DNA from: a virus
Length of the DNA: 64,000 nucleotides
Virus record (IMG/VR): IMGVR_UViG_3300042923_000607
Coordinates: 52,240-116,239 of that record
Direction: 5' to 3' (one strand)
Each line of letters starts with the position of its first letter. The first letter of the stretch is position 1. Below the pieces are notes generated by a model that was given only the letters and a program-made list of their open reading frames with translations, was not told the DNA's origin and made no database searches. The translations under genes and the position numbers were made by a program. Shown here piece after piece: positions 31,155 through 40,390 of the stretch.

Positions 31155-31544
31155 ATGAATGAATTTTTACAAAACTTATTATATGCAGTCATAACTACTT
31201 CTCTTCCACTTATTGTTGGATATGGAGTTAGCTATCTCAAGGCGGTACGTGCAGAAAAATTACAGCAAATTGATAATAAATATGCAGAAAAAACGATTAC
31301 ACAAGTAACAGACATTATTATGGATGCTGTAGATACGGTGTCTCAGACTTATGTTGATAGTCTTAAAAAAGAGGGGACATTTAATCAAGATAAGCAAAAA
31401 GAAGCACTTAATATGGCAATAGAAAAGGCTAAGGAGCTTATTAATATTGAATCTGAAAATCTTATAGTTGAAAAATACAATGACCTTGATACATTTATTC
31501 GAAATACTATTGAAGCATATATTCGAAGCACAAAACCCATGTAA
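31155..31544 (+). CDS. Holin (LL-H-like)
   Basis: N-terminal TM, AV..V.QTYVD.LKK.G.F, IEA.I; ATG at 31155 after AGGAGG. Confidence 0.75.
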   Translation: MNEFLQNLLYAVITTSLPLIVGYGVSYLKAVRAEKLQQIDNKYAEKTITQVTDIIMDAVDTVSQTYVDSLKKEGTFNQDKQKEALNMAIEKAKELINIESENLIVEKYNDLDTFIRNTIEAYIRSTKPM

Positions 31545-31574
31545 CTTTTTTGAAAGTTTGAAAGGATTAAAAAT

Positions 31575-32333
31575 ATGAGTAAGAAATTATCAGGTAAAGA
31601 ATTAAGTGTTTTTGCATTGTCTAAACTTGGAGTGCCTTATGTTTACGGTGCTAAAGGATTATATGGTACATTTACTAAGAGTCAATTAGATGGACTAGCT
31701 AGAAGTTATCCTAACATGTTTACTTCATCTTACATAGCAAAAGCCAATAAGTTTATAGGAAAAGTGTGTACAGATTGTTCTGGCCTTATATCCTGGTTTA
31801 CTGGTAAAAATATTGGTTCAGCTCAGATGTATTCTACCGCAACAAAAAGAGGACTAATTAAAGATGTGACTAAAGCTCCCATCGGTGCAGTATTGTGGAA
31901 GACTGGACATGTTGGCGTAAAAGTTGATGGAACATATTGTGTCGAAGCAAAGGGGATAAACTTCGGAACAATTAAATCAAAAATAAGTGACACCAAATGG
32001 ACTCATTGGCTATTGTTTGAAGATATCTTGACTTATGAAGAAGTGAAAACCCCCGTTGTAACAACTGCAAAACCTAAAAATCCATACAAAGAACCTTTAG
32101 TTTCTATAAGAAAGAATATGACTGGTGAATCAGTTAAGTGGCTTCAGTGGGAGCTTGTAGAGGCTGGATATACAAAGGTAAAGGTAGGACTAGCCACTAA
32201 AACACTTACTATTGATGGAGAGTTTGGATCTATTACAGATACTTCTCTCAGGTTATTCCAACAGTCGTCTAAGCTTATAATAGATGGCATCTGTGGTAAA
32301 AAAACAATTGCTGCTTTGTTAGCAAATAAATAA
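31575..32333 (+). CDS. Endolysin: NlpC/P60 peptidase plus peptidoglycan-binding domain
   Basis: PYVYGA, DCSGL, GHVG; VKWLQ..L, IDG.FG..T, FQ...L..DGICG. Confidence 0.88.
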   Translation: MSKKLSGKELSVFALSKLGVPYVYGAKGLYGTFTKSQLDGLARSYPNMFTSSYIAKANKFIGKVCTDCSGLISWFTGKNIGSAQMYSTATKRGLIKDVTKAPIGAVLWKTGHVGVKVDGTYCVEAKGINFGTIKSKISDTKWTHWLLFEDILTYEEVKTPVVTTAKPKNPYKEPLVSIRKNMTGESVKWLQWELVEAGYTKVKVGLATKTLTIDGEFGSITDTSLRLFQQSSKLIIDGICGKKTIAALLANK

Positions 32334-32353
32334 ACATAAAAGAGAGATTTTAT

Positions 32354-32387
32354 AGGGATAGACTTAGTTGTCTATCCCATTTTTTTA
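32354..32387 (+). terminator. Terminator between the convergent endolysin and ligase genes
   Basis: GGGATAGAC...GTCTATCCC followed by a T run. Confidence 0.8.
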
Positions 32388-32448
32388 CTTTTATTAGTTT
32401 CCCATAGATGTTGATGGATTCTTTAAATTTATAGCCCCAAGTAAGTGG

Positions 32449-33387
32449 CTATTTTAAATTAGTTAATTGACACTCACTGGCAAGTTTATCATCTCTAAAT
32501 CCCTTAAATACGGCTTGTCTGTACGATGATTTATCTGTAGGCATATATTCTATAATGCATACATTTTCAGGTTCTATCCAAATTGCTTTTTCATTCCCCT
32601 TAATTTGATATCCGAACGGGGAGCATTCTATTTGCTTAAACCCTTGCTGGTACAACTTTTTAAGAGTAACTCCAAGTGTTACGTGTCCTTTATACTTCAA
32701 TTTATCCCCATCATACTGCCCTAAAATTAGGCTTGTCATATTTTTTTCTTTAAAAATATACCCACAAACAATACAGTCATCAGTAAACATTCTTTTACAC
32801 TTAATCCAGTCCTTGCTTCTCTTCCCTTGCCAATAACTACTTGTCTTTCTTTTAGCAACAATACCTTCTAACTTCTTCTCTTCTACTTGTTTATATAATT
32901 CTACTCCATAGGTTTCAATAAATCGAGATACAATAAGTCTTTCATTTTCAATTATTGCCTCTTCTAATAACTTTTTTCTTTCAATTAAAGGAGTATATAG
33001 CACATCGTGATCCTTGTAATAGAGTATGTCATAAGTGATTAGACTTACAGGCAATTGCTTCATGGCTATGTTAATTTTCATTTGATTAGTCATTACGGAT
33101 CGTCTCTGTACTTCATAAAAATCAGGATAACTACCCTTTAGAACGACCAGTTCACAGTCTAATATACATTTGCATTTCACTTGCTTATTTAATTCGGCTA
33201 ATTCAGGAAGTGTTGGTAGCATCATCTTATTTTTCTTGTTTCTTATATCTACTGAATTTTCATCAATATAAGTAATTACCCTGATGCCGTCCCATTTAAT
33301 TTCATACAGGAAATCTTCAGAATCAAATGCTTCTTTCATCTCGTATATCAACATGGGTTTAATATTCTTATTCTCAAACAAATCCAT
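32449..33387 (-). CDS. ATP-dependent DNA ligase (LigD ligase-domain type)
   Basis: EIKWDGIR, EGIVAKR..S.Y..G.RS.DW.K.K motifs. Confidence 0.92.
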   Translation of the reverse strand: MDLFENKNIKPMLIYEMKEAFDSEDFLYEIKWDGIRVITYIDENSVDIRNKKNKMMLPTLPELAELNKQVKCKCILDCELVVLKGSYPDFYEVQRRSVMTNQMKINIAMKQLPVSLITYDILYYKDHDVLYTPLIERKKLLEEAIIENERLIVSRFIETYGVELYKQVEEKKLEGIVAKRKTSSYWQGKRSKDWIKCKRMFTDDCIVCGYIFKEKNMTSLILGQYDGDKLKYKGHVTLGVTLKKLYQQGFKQIECSPFGYQIKGNEKAIWIEPENVCIIEYMPTDKSSYRQAVFKGFRDDKLASECQLTNLK

Positions 33388-33464
33388 ATGTTACCTCAAT
33401 CAAATATTTATCATTAATGTGTGTTATTAAGACTTATAATATACGGGTAATCAAATAAAACTGG

Positions 33465-34721
33465 TTAGTGAACATTACTGTCCCTTTTTAACTCTTCTTC
33501 ATTTATTTTATTCATTTTGTTTAGTACATCTTTAGCATTAATTCCCATCTTTTTTATATATCCAATATAAGTGTCCATAGTAAGTGAAACGCTAGCATGT
33601 CCCATTAGAACTGATATTGTTTTAATATCTACCCCATTCAATAGAAGCATTAATCCATACGCTTTTCTAATTGAATGTATTCCACATTTATTAACTTTAC
33701 AGTTAGCTCTAACTTGCATTGCATTTAAGGTTCTTGTTATGTTTCTCTCAGACTTTGGTTTACCATCTGTACCTAATAAAACTTTATCCGTAGGATTATG
33801 ATTTGGATTAGATTTTTCTAACTCTTTAAGTGCTATAAGTGCTCTTTCAGGAAGGGGGATTGTACGGTAACTATTTTTTGTTTTTGGAGTTTTAATTTCT
33901 TTAATAACATGAGCTACTCCATTCTCATTTTTTTCTACGGATGCAGCTGCTCTTCTTATAATAATTTCTTGTTTTTCATATGATATATCTTGCCACTCTA
34001 ATGCTAAAAGCTCACCTATTCTAATTCCAGTATAAGCAACTAATACTATAGCATAAGCATTATCACCATAAACTCGTGTGCCCTCTTTTCCAGTAAAACA
34101 GAATCCTGCAACATTTAATCGTCCAGCCTCTTTAAATAATAGGTCAACGTCTTCAGGTTCTGGAATCACATATTCTTTCTTTTTATTTGATACGTTTGAT
34201 TCGCTTGGCATTTTTACAATAGTCATAGGATTTCTTAATATATCTCTTTTAGTTAATGCATAATCAAAGCAAAGATTGTATAAAAAGTATGCTTTACTAA
34301 CAGTACTTCTAGCATATTTAGATGCCAGTATATTTATGTGCTTTTGAATTACATCGGAATCTAATGCTGCCATTTGCATATTTATTGGATCATAACCCTT
34401 AATTTGATTTTCATATGTTTTCTTGTTAGTTAAATAACTAGATTTTTCTACCTCATTTATCCTGACGTTATAGAGCCAGTCTTCAATATAAGTTTGAAGT
34501 GTTTGCTTTTTTATTTCTTTGCTTGTTAAATAGTGGTTACTAGATTCAAAGTTCTTAATTTTTTCTTTAACTTCTCGCTGAGTTAAACCATAGAAATCTT
34601 TATATCTACCATTATACTTTTTTCGAAAATGGAAATACTCGATATCTTTGATTGTTTTCTTTCCCCAAGATCCTTCGCCTTTTGGCCGTCTCTTTTTACT
34701 AGCAGAACTATCCATAAACAT
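33465..34721 (-). CDS. int: Tyrosine integrase
   Basis: TGIRIGE (R), PKT (K), HSIR, MGH, TY catalytic motifs; N-terminal RRPKGEGS arm-binding region. Confidence 0.93.
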   Translation of the reverse strand: MFMDSSASKKRRPKGEGSWGKKTIKDIEYFHFRKKYNGRYKDFYGLTQREVKEKIKNFESSNHYLTSKEIKKQTLQTYIEDWLYNVRINEVEKSSYLTNKKTYENQIKGYDPINMQMAALDSDVIQKHINILASKYARSTVSKAYFLYNLCFDYALTKRDILRNPMTIVKMPSESNVSNKKKEYVIPEPEDVDLLFKEAGRLNVAGFCFTGKEGTRVYGDNAYAIVLVAYTGIRIGELLALEWQDISYEKQEIIIRRAAASVEKNENGVAHVIKEIKTPKTKNSYRTIPLPERALIALKELEKSNPNHNPTDKVLLGTDGKPKSERNITRTLNAMQVRANCKVNKCGIHSIRKAYGLMLLLNGVDIKTISVLMGHASVSLTMDTYIGYIKKMGINAKDVLNKMNKINEEELKRDSNVH

Positions 34722-34812
34722 CTCCTTTAATATAATAAAATTGTTTACATTATTAAAGTAATTTGATATAATGTAAATATTGTATCATGATTAAAGGGCT
34801 AATGCAACAGCG

Positions 34813-35206
34813 TTACCACTTATTTATTGATCTAATGAATATTTTACCCTTTAAGTTACCCATTATAGAATTGGAAACCATGGTAAAAGGGATGCAAATA
34901 AGGTATTTAATGTGATATATAGTAAACTAAATAAATTATTCGAGCCAAATAAGACATAAAAAATCCAGTAAAATCAAGTATCTAAGGCTCTTATAATATA
35001 CAATGCATCTATAGCTCAGTGGATAGAGCAGAAGCTTCCGAAGCTTTTACTCTAATTAACTAGGATTAGTTGTTTTCAATATATTTAAGCGTTCTTAATG
35101 TAAAATTACCACTTGTTTACCACTTATAGAACAAATATAAAAAAATACCACTTACTATTAAGCCTTAAGTGGTATTTTTTTTAATTCTTTTATGTCGTTA
35201 CCCTTT
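34813..35206. other. attP-like region with integrase arm-type repeats TTACC(A/C)CTT
   Basis: Repeats at 34813, 34844, 34856, 35106, 35117, 35145 and 35198 flank a tRNA fragment between int and xis. Confidence 0.75.
35005..35047 (+). pseudogene. 5' half of tRNA-Arg(CCG), att core
   Basis: GCATCTA-TA-GCTC AGTGGATA GAGC-A-GAAGC TTCCGAA GCTTT; no T arm or 3' acceptor strand follows. Confidence 0.8.
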
Positions 35207-35223
35207 GTCTTTGTTAATTCTAT

Positions 35224-35451
35224 TTAAAGTATTATTTCTTTTCCCATGTTTGCCTCCAACCATTTAAGATATTTTTGCTCAGGGATTCTATAGCGATTTC
35301 CTATTTTTATCTTTGGGAAAGAACCAACCGCAAGTATTTTTGTCATTGTGTTTTTGCTCAACCCTAAATGTTTCTGAACCTCTTGAACGGTCAGCATTTT
35401 TTCATAATCTTCTATGTTTTTATTATTCATAATTCTTCTCCTCTCAAGCAT
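35224..35451 (-). CDS. xis: Excisionase (HTH_17)
   Basis: LTVQEV...LG......FPKIKIG.RYRIP; next to attP. Confidence 0.82.
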   Translation of the reverse strand: MLERRRIMNNKNIEDYEKMLTVQEVQKHLGLSKNTMTKILAVGSFPKIKIGNRYRIPEQKYLKWLEANMGKEIIL

Positions 35452-36018
35452 CTATTTATTCTGGTTCAAATGTTGTTCTACTTCATACCAATTGAAACAT
35501 CTTGTACCAATCCAATCCTCGTTCCAAGTATAAATGTCTCCAAAGCAAATATTTTCTTTTGCATTGCTGGTGTATAAATTTTTAGAAACATCATCAATTA
35601 ATATTCCATCTGATAAATCTAAACATCTTTTGTCTATGTTAGTATCTATGTCTACCCCTATTAGCTTAATAAACGGTAGATTCAATTTTAACCACATATT
35701 CTTAAGAAACAGATTTACATTTGTCCCCATGGATACGCAATAGATATCATAATTAGCCTTAAGTTTGTTTATTATTTCTAAAGCATTATCCATGTATTTC
35801 AAGTTGCTAAAAAATCTTTCATCAGAAAAATATTTATCAATTACATTATTATTTGCCAAGGGCAATTCGGAAAATCCCCATGTGGATATTTCAGTCCAGT
35901 GAACTGGTTTGTAGCTATCTGATTTTGCATAGTCAATATTATAAAGCTCAACCACTTTTTCTATCGTATTTACAATTGTACAGTCAAAATCCAAATAAAG
36001 TTTATTTATTTTAATCAT
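35452..36018 (-). CDS. 5'(3')-deoxyribonucleotidase (HAD)
   Basis: DFDCT, ILIDD..KNL, WN motifs. Confidence 0.85.
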   Translation of the reverse strand: MIKINKLYLDFDCTIVNTIEKVVELYNIDYAKSDSYKPVHWTEISTWGFSELPLANNNVIDKYFSDERFFSNLKYMDNALEIINKLKANYDIYCVSMGTNVNLFLKNMWLKLNLPFIKLIGVDIDTNIDKRCLDLSDGILIDDVSKNLYTSNAKENICFGDIYTWNEDWIGTRCFNWYEVEQHLNQNK

Positions 36019-36554
36019 CTCCCTTTATATTTTTCTATAATTTCAATAGCTGCTTCATTTGCTGTTTTATTTTCATTGTCAATTACAAATTTGTAGAGAT
36101 GGCCTACAAATGAAAAATCTAACATATCCGCTTTAAATCTTCTTTCAGCTTCTGTATTATTATCTCCACGATGCAATTGTCTCTTTTTTATTTCATCGTC
36201 TGAGACATTTAACAAAAAACTTGTGTGAGTTACATTTTTGTTTATAAGTTTATTTACACCACTAGGAGTTAGAATGATTACATCATTATCAGTAGAATTC
36301 TCGACGCTATCAAGACTTGATCCGTAATACCAAATACCATCAGCTGTTGTATAGTATTTAATTTCAATAAAGAATCCTTCGGTGTATTTTTTAAGAAAAT
36401 CTTTGACGTTGAGAAAATGATAATCAACACCGTCTATCTCACCTTTTCGTTTAGGGCGGGTTGTAAATGTTGTTATGCGAGAAAACCCCATCTCACACAA
36501 CTCTTTTACTATTTGATCTTTACCAGTTGCACTTTTACCTGAGATAACTAACAC
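36015..36554 (-). CDS. gmk: Guanylate kinase
   Basis: GKSATGKD, TTRPKRKGEIDGVDYHF, YG. Confidence 0.9.
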   Translation of the reverse strand: MLVISGKSATGKDQIVKELCEMGFSRITTFTTRPKRKGEIDGVDYHFLNVKDFLKKYTEGFFIEIKYYTTADGIWYYGSSLDSVENSTDNDVIILTPSGVNKLINKNVTHTSFLLNVSDDEIKKRQLHRGDNNTEAERRFKADMLDFSFVGHLYKFVIDNENKTANEAAIEIIEKYKGR

Positions 36555-37165
36555 TATTTATCACCTCTCTCTTCGTGAAACATCTTATTATAGGCGTCAT
36601 ATCGATTTTGCAGGTTTGATATGTATAGATTATTTTTGTCGCAATATTTAAGGAATTTGCTCCAATAACCACAGGGTGAAAACTCGCAGCACCCTCCTCT
36701 ATAAATACAATTTGGGACTAATACGTTTGACTCTAGTGGATGAGTATTATGTAATTCTGATTTAAAGTCTTCCGCTAATTCTCTAGCTTCTTTTGTTGCT
36801 TGATAACATAGTCTTTTTCTCCAAGCGTCTATTAGATTTTGCATGTTTGCATATCCGTCAAAATTAACTAATGCCTCTTGTGTCTTTTTGTCCCTGGGGG
36901 TATCATCTTTTAGTCTATCGTCTCTCTGTGAGCTAATGAATTTTTCAAAGCGATGTCTTGACCACTCAGTCGACAACCAATACTTAATACCTTTCCAACT
37001 CCAATCAAACTCTAATAATCTAATAGGAGAATGTTCTGATATAAGCAACTTCTTCTTGAATGTATCAGTCGCTTCATTGTCTGTAAATTCTTTATTATCT
37101 GTTGTTCTGCAATGATTCTTTACTCTTGTCCAGTCGTCTATAACTTTGTTAAATTTAGTTTTCAA
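36554..37165 (-). CDS. thyX: FAD-dependent thymidylate synthase
   Basis: EHSPI, RHR....SSQR, RLC..A..E.R motifs. Confidence 0.85.
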   Translation of the reverse strand: MKTKFNKVIDDWTRVKNHCRTTDNKEFTDNEATDTFKKKLLISEHSPIRLLEFDWSWKGIKYWLSTEWSRHRFEKFISSQRDDRLKDDTPRDKKTQEALVNFDGYANMQNLIDAWRKRLCYQATKEARELAEDFKSELHNTHPLESNVLVPNCIYRGGCCEFSPCGYWSKFLKYCDKNNLYISNLQNRYDAYNKMFHEERGDK

Positions 37166-37222
37166 TAAAATCTCCTTATATTGTTCTATATGTTATATTT
37201 AAAACACTAGCAAAGAATACTT

Positions 37223-38098
37223 TTATGTTGTTTTTACCCTGTTTACAGCTATATTAAACGTGTCTTTATCCTTTTCAATTCCTATGAATTTTCTATGTAA
37301 ATTCTTGCAAGCTAGTCCAGTTGTATTGCTACCTATACAGGAATCAAAAACTATATCTCCATCATTTGTATATGTCTTAATTATTTCTTCTAGTAATGCC
37401 AATGGTTTTTGAGTTGGAGTTAATGCGCACTTTTGAGTGTCCTTAGAAAACTTCCAAACGGATTTAGGAAATCTTTCTGTGCTGTCATATGTATGATTGT
37501 TAATTTCTCCATAGTTACTTGACTGCTTACTATTCTTCTTATGCTCAGCAGTACTAACTTTTCTTAAATGTCCATTTGTCTTTTGAGGATTATACGTTGG
37601 TTGATTCTTATAAAATACACACATATCTTCATGATTTCTCATTGGCATTCTATTAGCGTTCTGAAACCCAGTTGGTTGTGTTTTTTCCCAAATTAAATTA
37701 TATCGCCACATTTCTTTATTACTTCGCATCAAGTCTGCAGTAAACATTCCATTAGCAAATAATACAATTGCTCCATCATCTTTAATTATCCTATTGTATT
37801 CAGTCCAAATTCCAGACCTTTTATTAAAATGGAAATAATCTAATGCTTCTTTATAACTCAATTTACCATTCATATAACAGTAAAGAAGAAAATCATCTAG
37901 GTACATTGTTTTATATTTCTTTCCAATATTTACATCTATGTAGTCATTAAACGGAATTATTATATCCCATTTGTTTCTTGCGGTCTGTCCATATGGAAGA
38001 TCAGTACAAATTAAATCCACAGACTTATCTTTTATATGTTTCATTAATTCTAAACAATCACCTTTATACAAGGTTATATCTTTTAATATTTCCATCAA
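37223..38098 (-). CDS. N6/N4 DNA methyltransferase (beta class)
   Basis: DLPY catalytic motif near the N-terminus; PTQKP and D...GS.TT SAM-binding region at the C-terminus. Confidence 0.9.
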   Translation of the reverse strand: MMEILKDITLYKGDCLELMKHIKDKSVDLICTDLPYGQTARNKWDIIIPFNDYIDVNIGKKYKTMYLDDFLLYCYMNGKLSYKEALDYFHFNKRSGIWTEYNRIIKDDGAIVLFANGMFTADLMRSNKEMWRYNLIWEKTQPTGFQNANRMPMRNHEDMCVFYKNQPTYNPQKTNGHLRKVSTAEHKKNSKQSSNYGEINNHTYDSTERFPKSVWKFSKDTQKCALTPTQKPLALLEEIIKTYTNDGDIVFDSCIGSNTTGLACKNLHRKFIGIEKDKDTFNIAVNRVKTT

Positions 38099-38178
38099 TA
38101 CTCAGAGTAAAATGCATTTTATCGGTCGACCAAACCTCTTACTCCTTTCCTTTTTATTATCAAATACTCCTTTGTTTG

Positions 38179-38847
38179 TTAATCCATACCTTCGTACAAA
38201 CTTGCTTCTGTTAATCCTTCAGTGTTTTTTTGTTGTTGAATGGCTTGTATTATTTTCAATTTAGTTTCCTTACAAGGTAAGTAACCATACTTAATATATC
38301 TAATCATTCTCTCAAATGTTGAAACGGGGAATGGAATTTTATCATCTGTTACTAGTCTTTTTAAATGTAGATGCTCAAAGAAATTTGAATCACATAGGAT
38401 TTTATATTCTATATGAGATTTATTTTCTTTAGCCTCTGTGCCAACAATTTCTATGTCTTCTTTGTCTAAAACTTCTTCTTTAAAGTAAGCAAACTTTGCT
38501 ATTGTAAAATCAAAATTTTCAAGGATTTGTTTAGGTGTTCCATATATTGTATTTATAAGCTCCAATGCAATCCCTGTTTTAATGTTTTTATATGCTTTAA
38601 CTTTTTTGTTCTCATAATAAAAGCAATATGTACCACCTTTATTATCTTCGCCGCAAAGATTATCATAGTACTTTACGGCCTCTTCAAAGTCTTTTTGTGA
38701 TTCAAAGAAAATGTCTAAATCTTTTACTTTTTCATTGCTGAATATATTTTTAAAACATCCACCAGCAATGAACCCCTTATGTCCTGTCATGTATTCATCT
38801 AACCAATTTAATATGTAAAAGTTATCTCGCTCTTTTTTTACTAACAT
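38179..38847 (-). CDS. Nucleotidyltransferase (CCA/poly(A) polymerase head-like)
   Basis: IAGG...........KDLDIFF, FDFTI, R..RY..YGY. Confidence 0.65.
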   Translation of the reverse strand: MLVKKERDNFYILNWLDEYMTGHKGFIAGGCFKNIFSNEKVKDLDIFFESQKDFEEAVKYYDNLCGEDNKGGTYCFYYENKKVKAYKNIKTGIALELINTIYGTPKQILENFDFTIAKFAYFKEEVLDKEDIEIVGTEAKENKSHIEYKILCDSNFFEHLHLKRLVTDDKIPFPVSTFERMIRYIKYGYLPCKETKLKIIQAIQQQKNTEGLTEASLYEGMD

Positions 38848-38881
38848 TTGTCTCCTTTCTCTGCCAAATATCCGTTTTATG

Positions 38882-39964
38882 CTATTTAATGCTTTTATTT
38901 AAATTCATAAATAATCTATCTAATCCCTTTTCAAAAGCTCCAATTCCTGAAAATAAAGACAGCATTTTCACTTCATTCATAACCTCTGGCAAAACCTTAT
39001 GTAGTTCTTTAAATATGTAATATGGAATAGTAGTAACAATTGAATTACCGGCTTGTTTAGATATCTGTATGTCTGTTACTCCAGCCTTTTTAGCTTTATA
39101 ATAATCTTTATCATCAAATCCCATTAGTCTCATACGCTCTTTTGCAGTCATAAATCTAATTCTATCTTTTGATTCAATTACAACTAATCCTTGTTGAGAG
39201 GCAGTTAGGGTAGGGCAAATGCAACCCTTACCTTGAACCCTTCCTCTTCTTGTCTTACTCATAGGATATGATAGATCTGCAATCCCTCCTAGATCACAAT
39301 TAATGTATCCCTTTTTAGTAGCTTGTGAAATTGGTATGGTGTCATCAATTTCTTCTTTTAAATATCTCCCAATCTTTAATAAATTATTGTTTAATATAAC
39401 ATCAGCTGATATATAGTAAGATTCGTCAGCGTTATCTTCAAGAAAATCTTGTGCTATACAATACAGCTCCTGTTTGACGGGAAACTTAAATTCACCATTA
39501 TCTATATCTTTCCGAATGCTTACGATAAATACTCTTTCTCTCGATTGAGGTATATCATAATCTTTTGAACATAATATTTTATAGTAGGTGTTATATCCGG
39601 CAGCTTCTAAGTCGTTTAAAATAGTGTTAAATTCATTTATAAACTTCTTGGAAAGCAAGTTTCCCACATTTTCTATTATTGATATACAAGGTTTATTTGC
39701 TTTTAATATTCTCATTCCATCATAATATAGTCCGCTTCTTGTATTGTTCCCCATTAAATCTTTAAAGCCAATCATATTGCCAGCCTTAGAAATGTCTGTA
39801 CATGGGAATCCCCAAGTCATCAGATTAAAATTATCAATTTCCTTTTCATTAACCTTTTTTATGTCTCCCAAATTAAGACTTGTATTTGTGTTATGTATTG
39901 CACAATATGATTTGATTGCATGCTTATCTAGTTCGCAAAAGTTAACTAATTTATATTTTTTCAA
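38882..39964 (-). CDS. C5 cytosine DNA methyltransferase, circularly permuted
   Basis: GFPC, ENV, PQSRER, KQAGNS; motif I (SLFSGIGAFE) at the C-terminus. Confidence 0.9.
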   Translation of the reverse strand: MKKYKLVNFCELDKHAIKSYCAIHNTNTSLNLGDIKKVNEKEIDNFNLMTWGFPCTDISKAGNMIGFKDLMGNNTRSGLYYDGMRILKANKPCISIIENVGNLLSKKFINEFNTILNDLEAAGYNTYYKILCSKDYDIPQSRERVFIVSIRKDIDNGEFKFPVKQELYCIAQDFLEDNADESYYISADVILNNNLLKIGRYLKEEIDDTIPISQATKKGYINCDLGGIADLSYPMSKTRRGRVQGKGCICPTLTASQQGLVVIESKDRIRFMTAKERMRLMGFDDKDYYKAKKAGVTDIQISKQAGNSIVTTIPYYIFKELHKVLPEVMNEVKMLSLFSGIGAFEKGLDRLFMNLNKSIK

Positions 39965-40081
39965 TCCTGCTTTCTATTGGTTGCGCAACCATTTACCTAG
40001 GATTATTTCCCTTTCTTTTATGTATTGTTTAATATCTCTATTATCAATCTAAATAAAACGTTAGTTTGGTGTATATTTTAT

Positions 40082-40126
40082 GACTATATATTGTGTTTAT
40101 TAATGTTTACAACACTATATATTGTA
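40082..40126. promoter_or_regulatory. Tandem NrdR-box-like sites
   Basis: CTATATATTG at 40084 and 40115 (31 bp apart). Confidence 0.55.
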
Positions 40127-40390
40127 ATACTTATTTTCTTTTTCTTCCCTCCGGCTTTCCTCTCCTGACACGATGCAGCAACTCAATATAACCATAGTTA
40201 AAATACCCGACACAAATCCAATTGTTAAATTAATCATTTTCTTCATCCTTTTCATTAAAATCCTCATGTAGTTGTTTGTTATATCTTCTTCTTAATCTTT
40301 CTTCTTCTGCTATGTAATAATCTAAAATATCGTAGTTATCCGGGATTATGTCTTTCAAATATGTACCTCTCCTTTATGTGTTTATGTTTG

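Noticed and set aside
35005-35047. Complete phage tRNA gene
   Set aside because: No T arm or 3' acceptor strand; treated as an att core.
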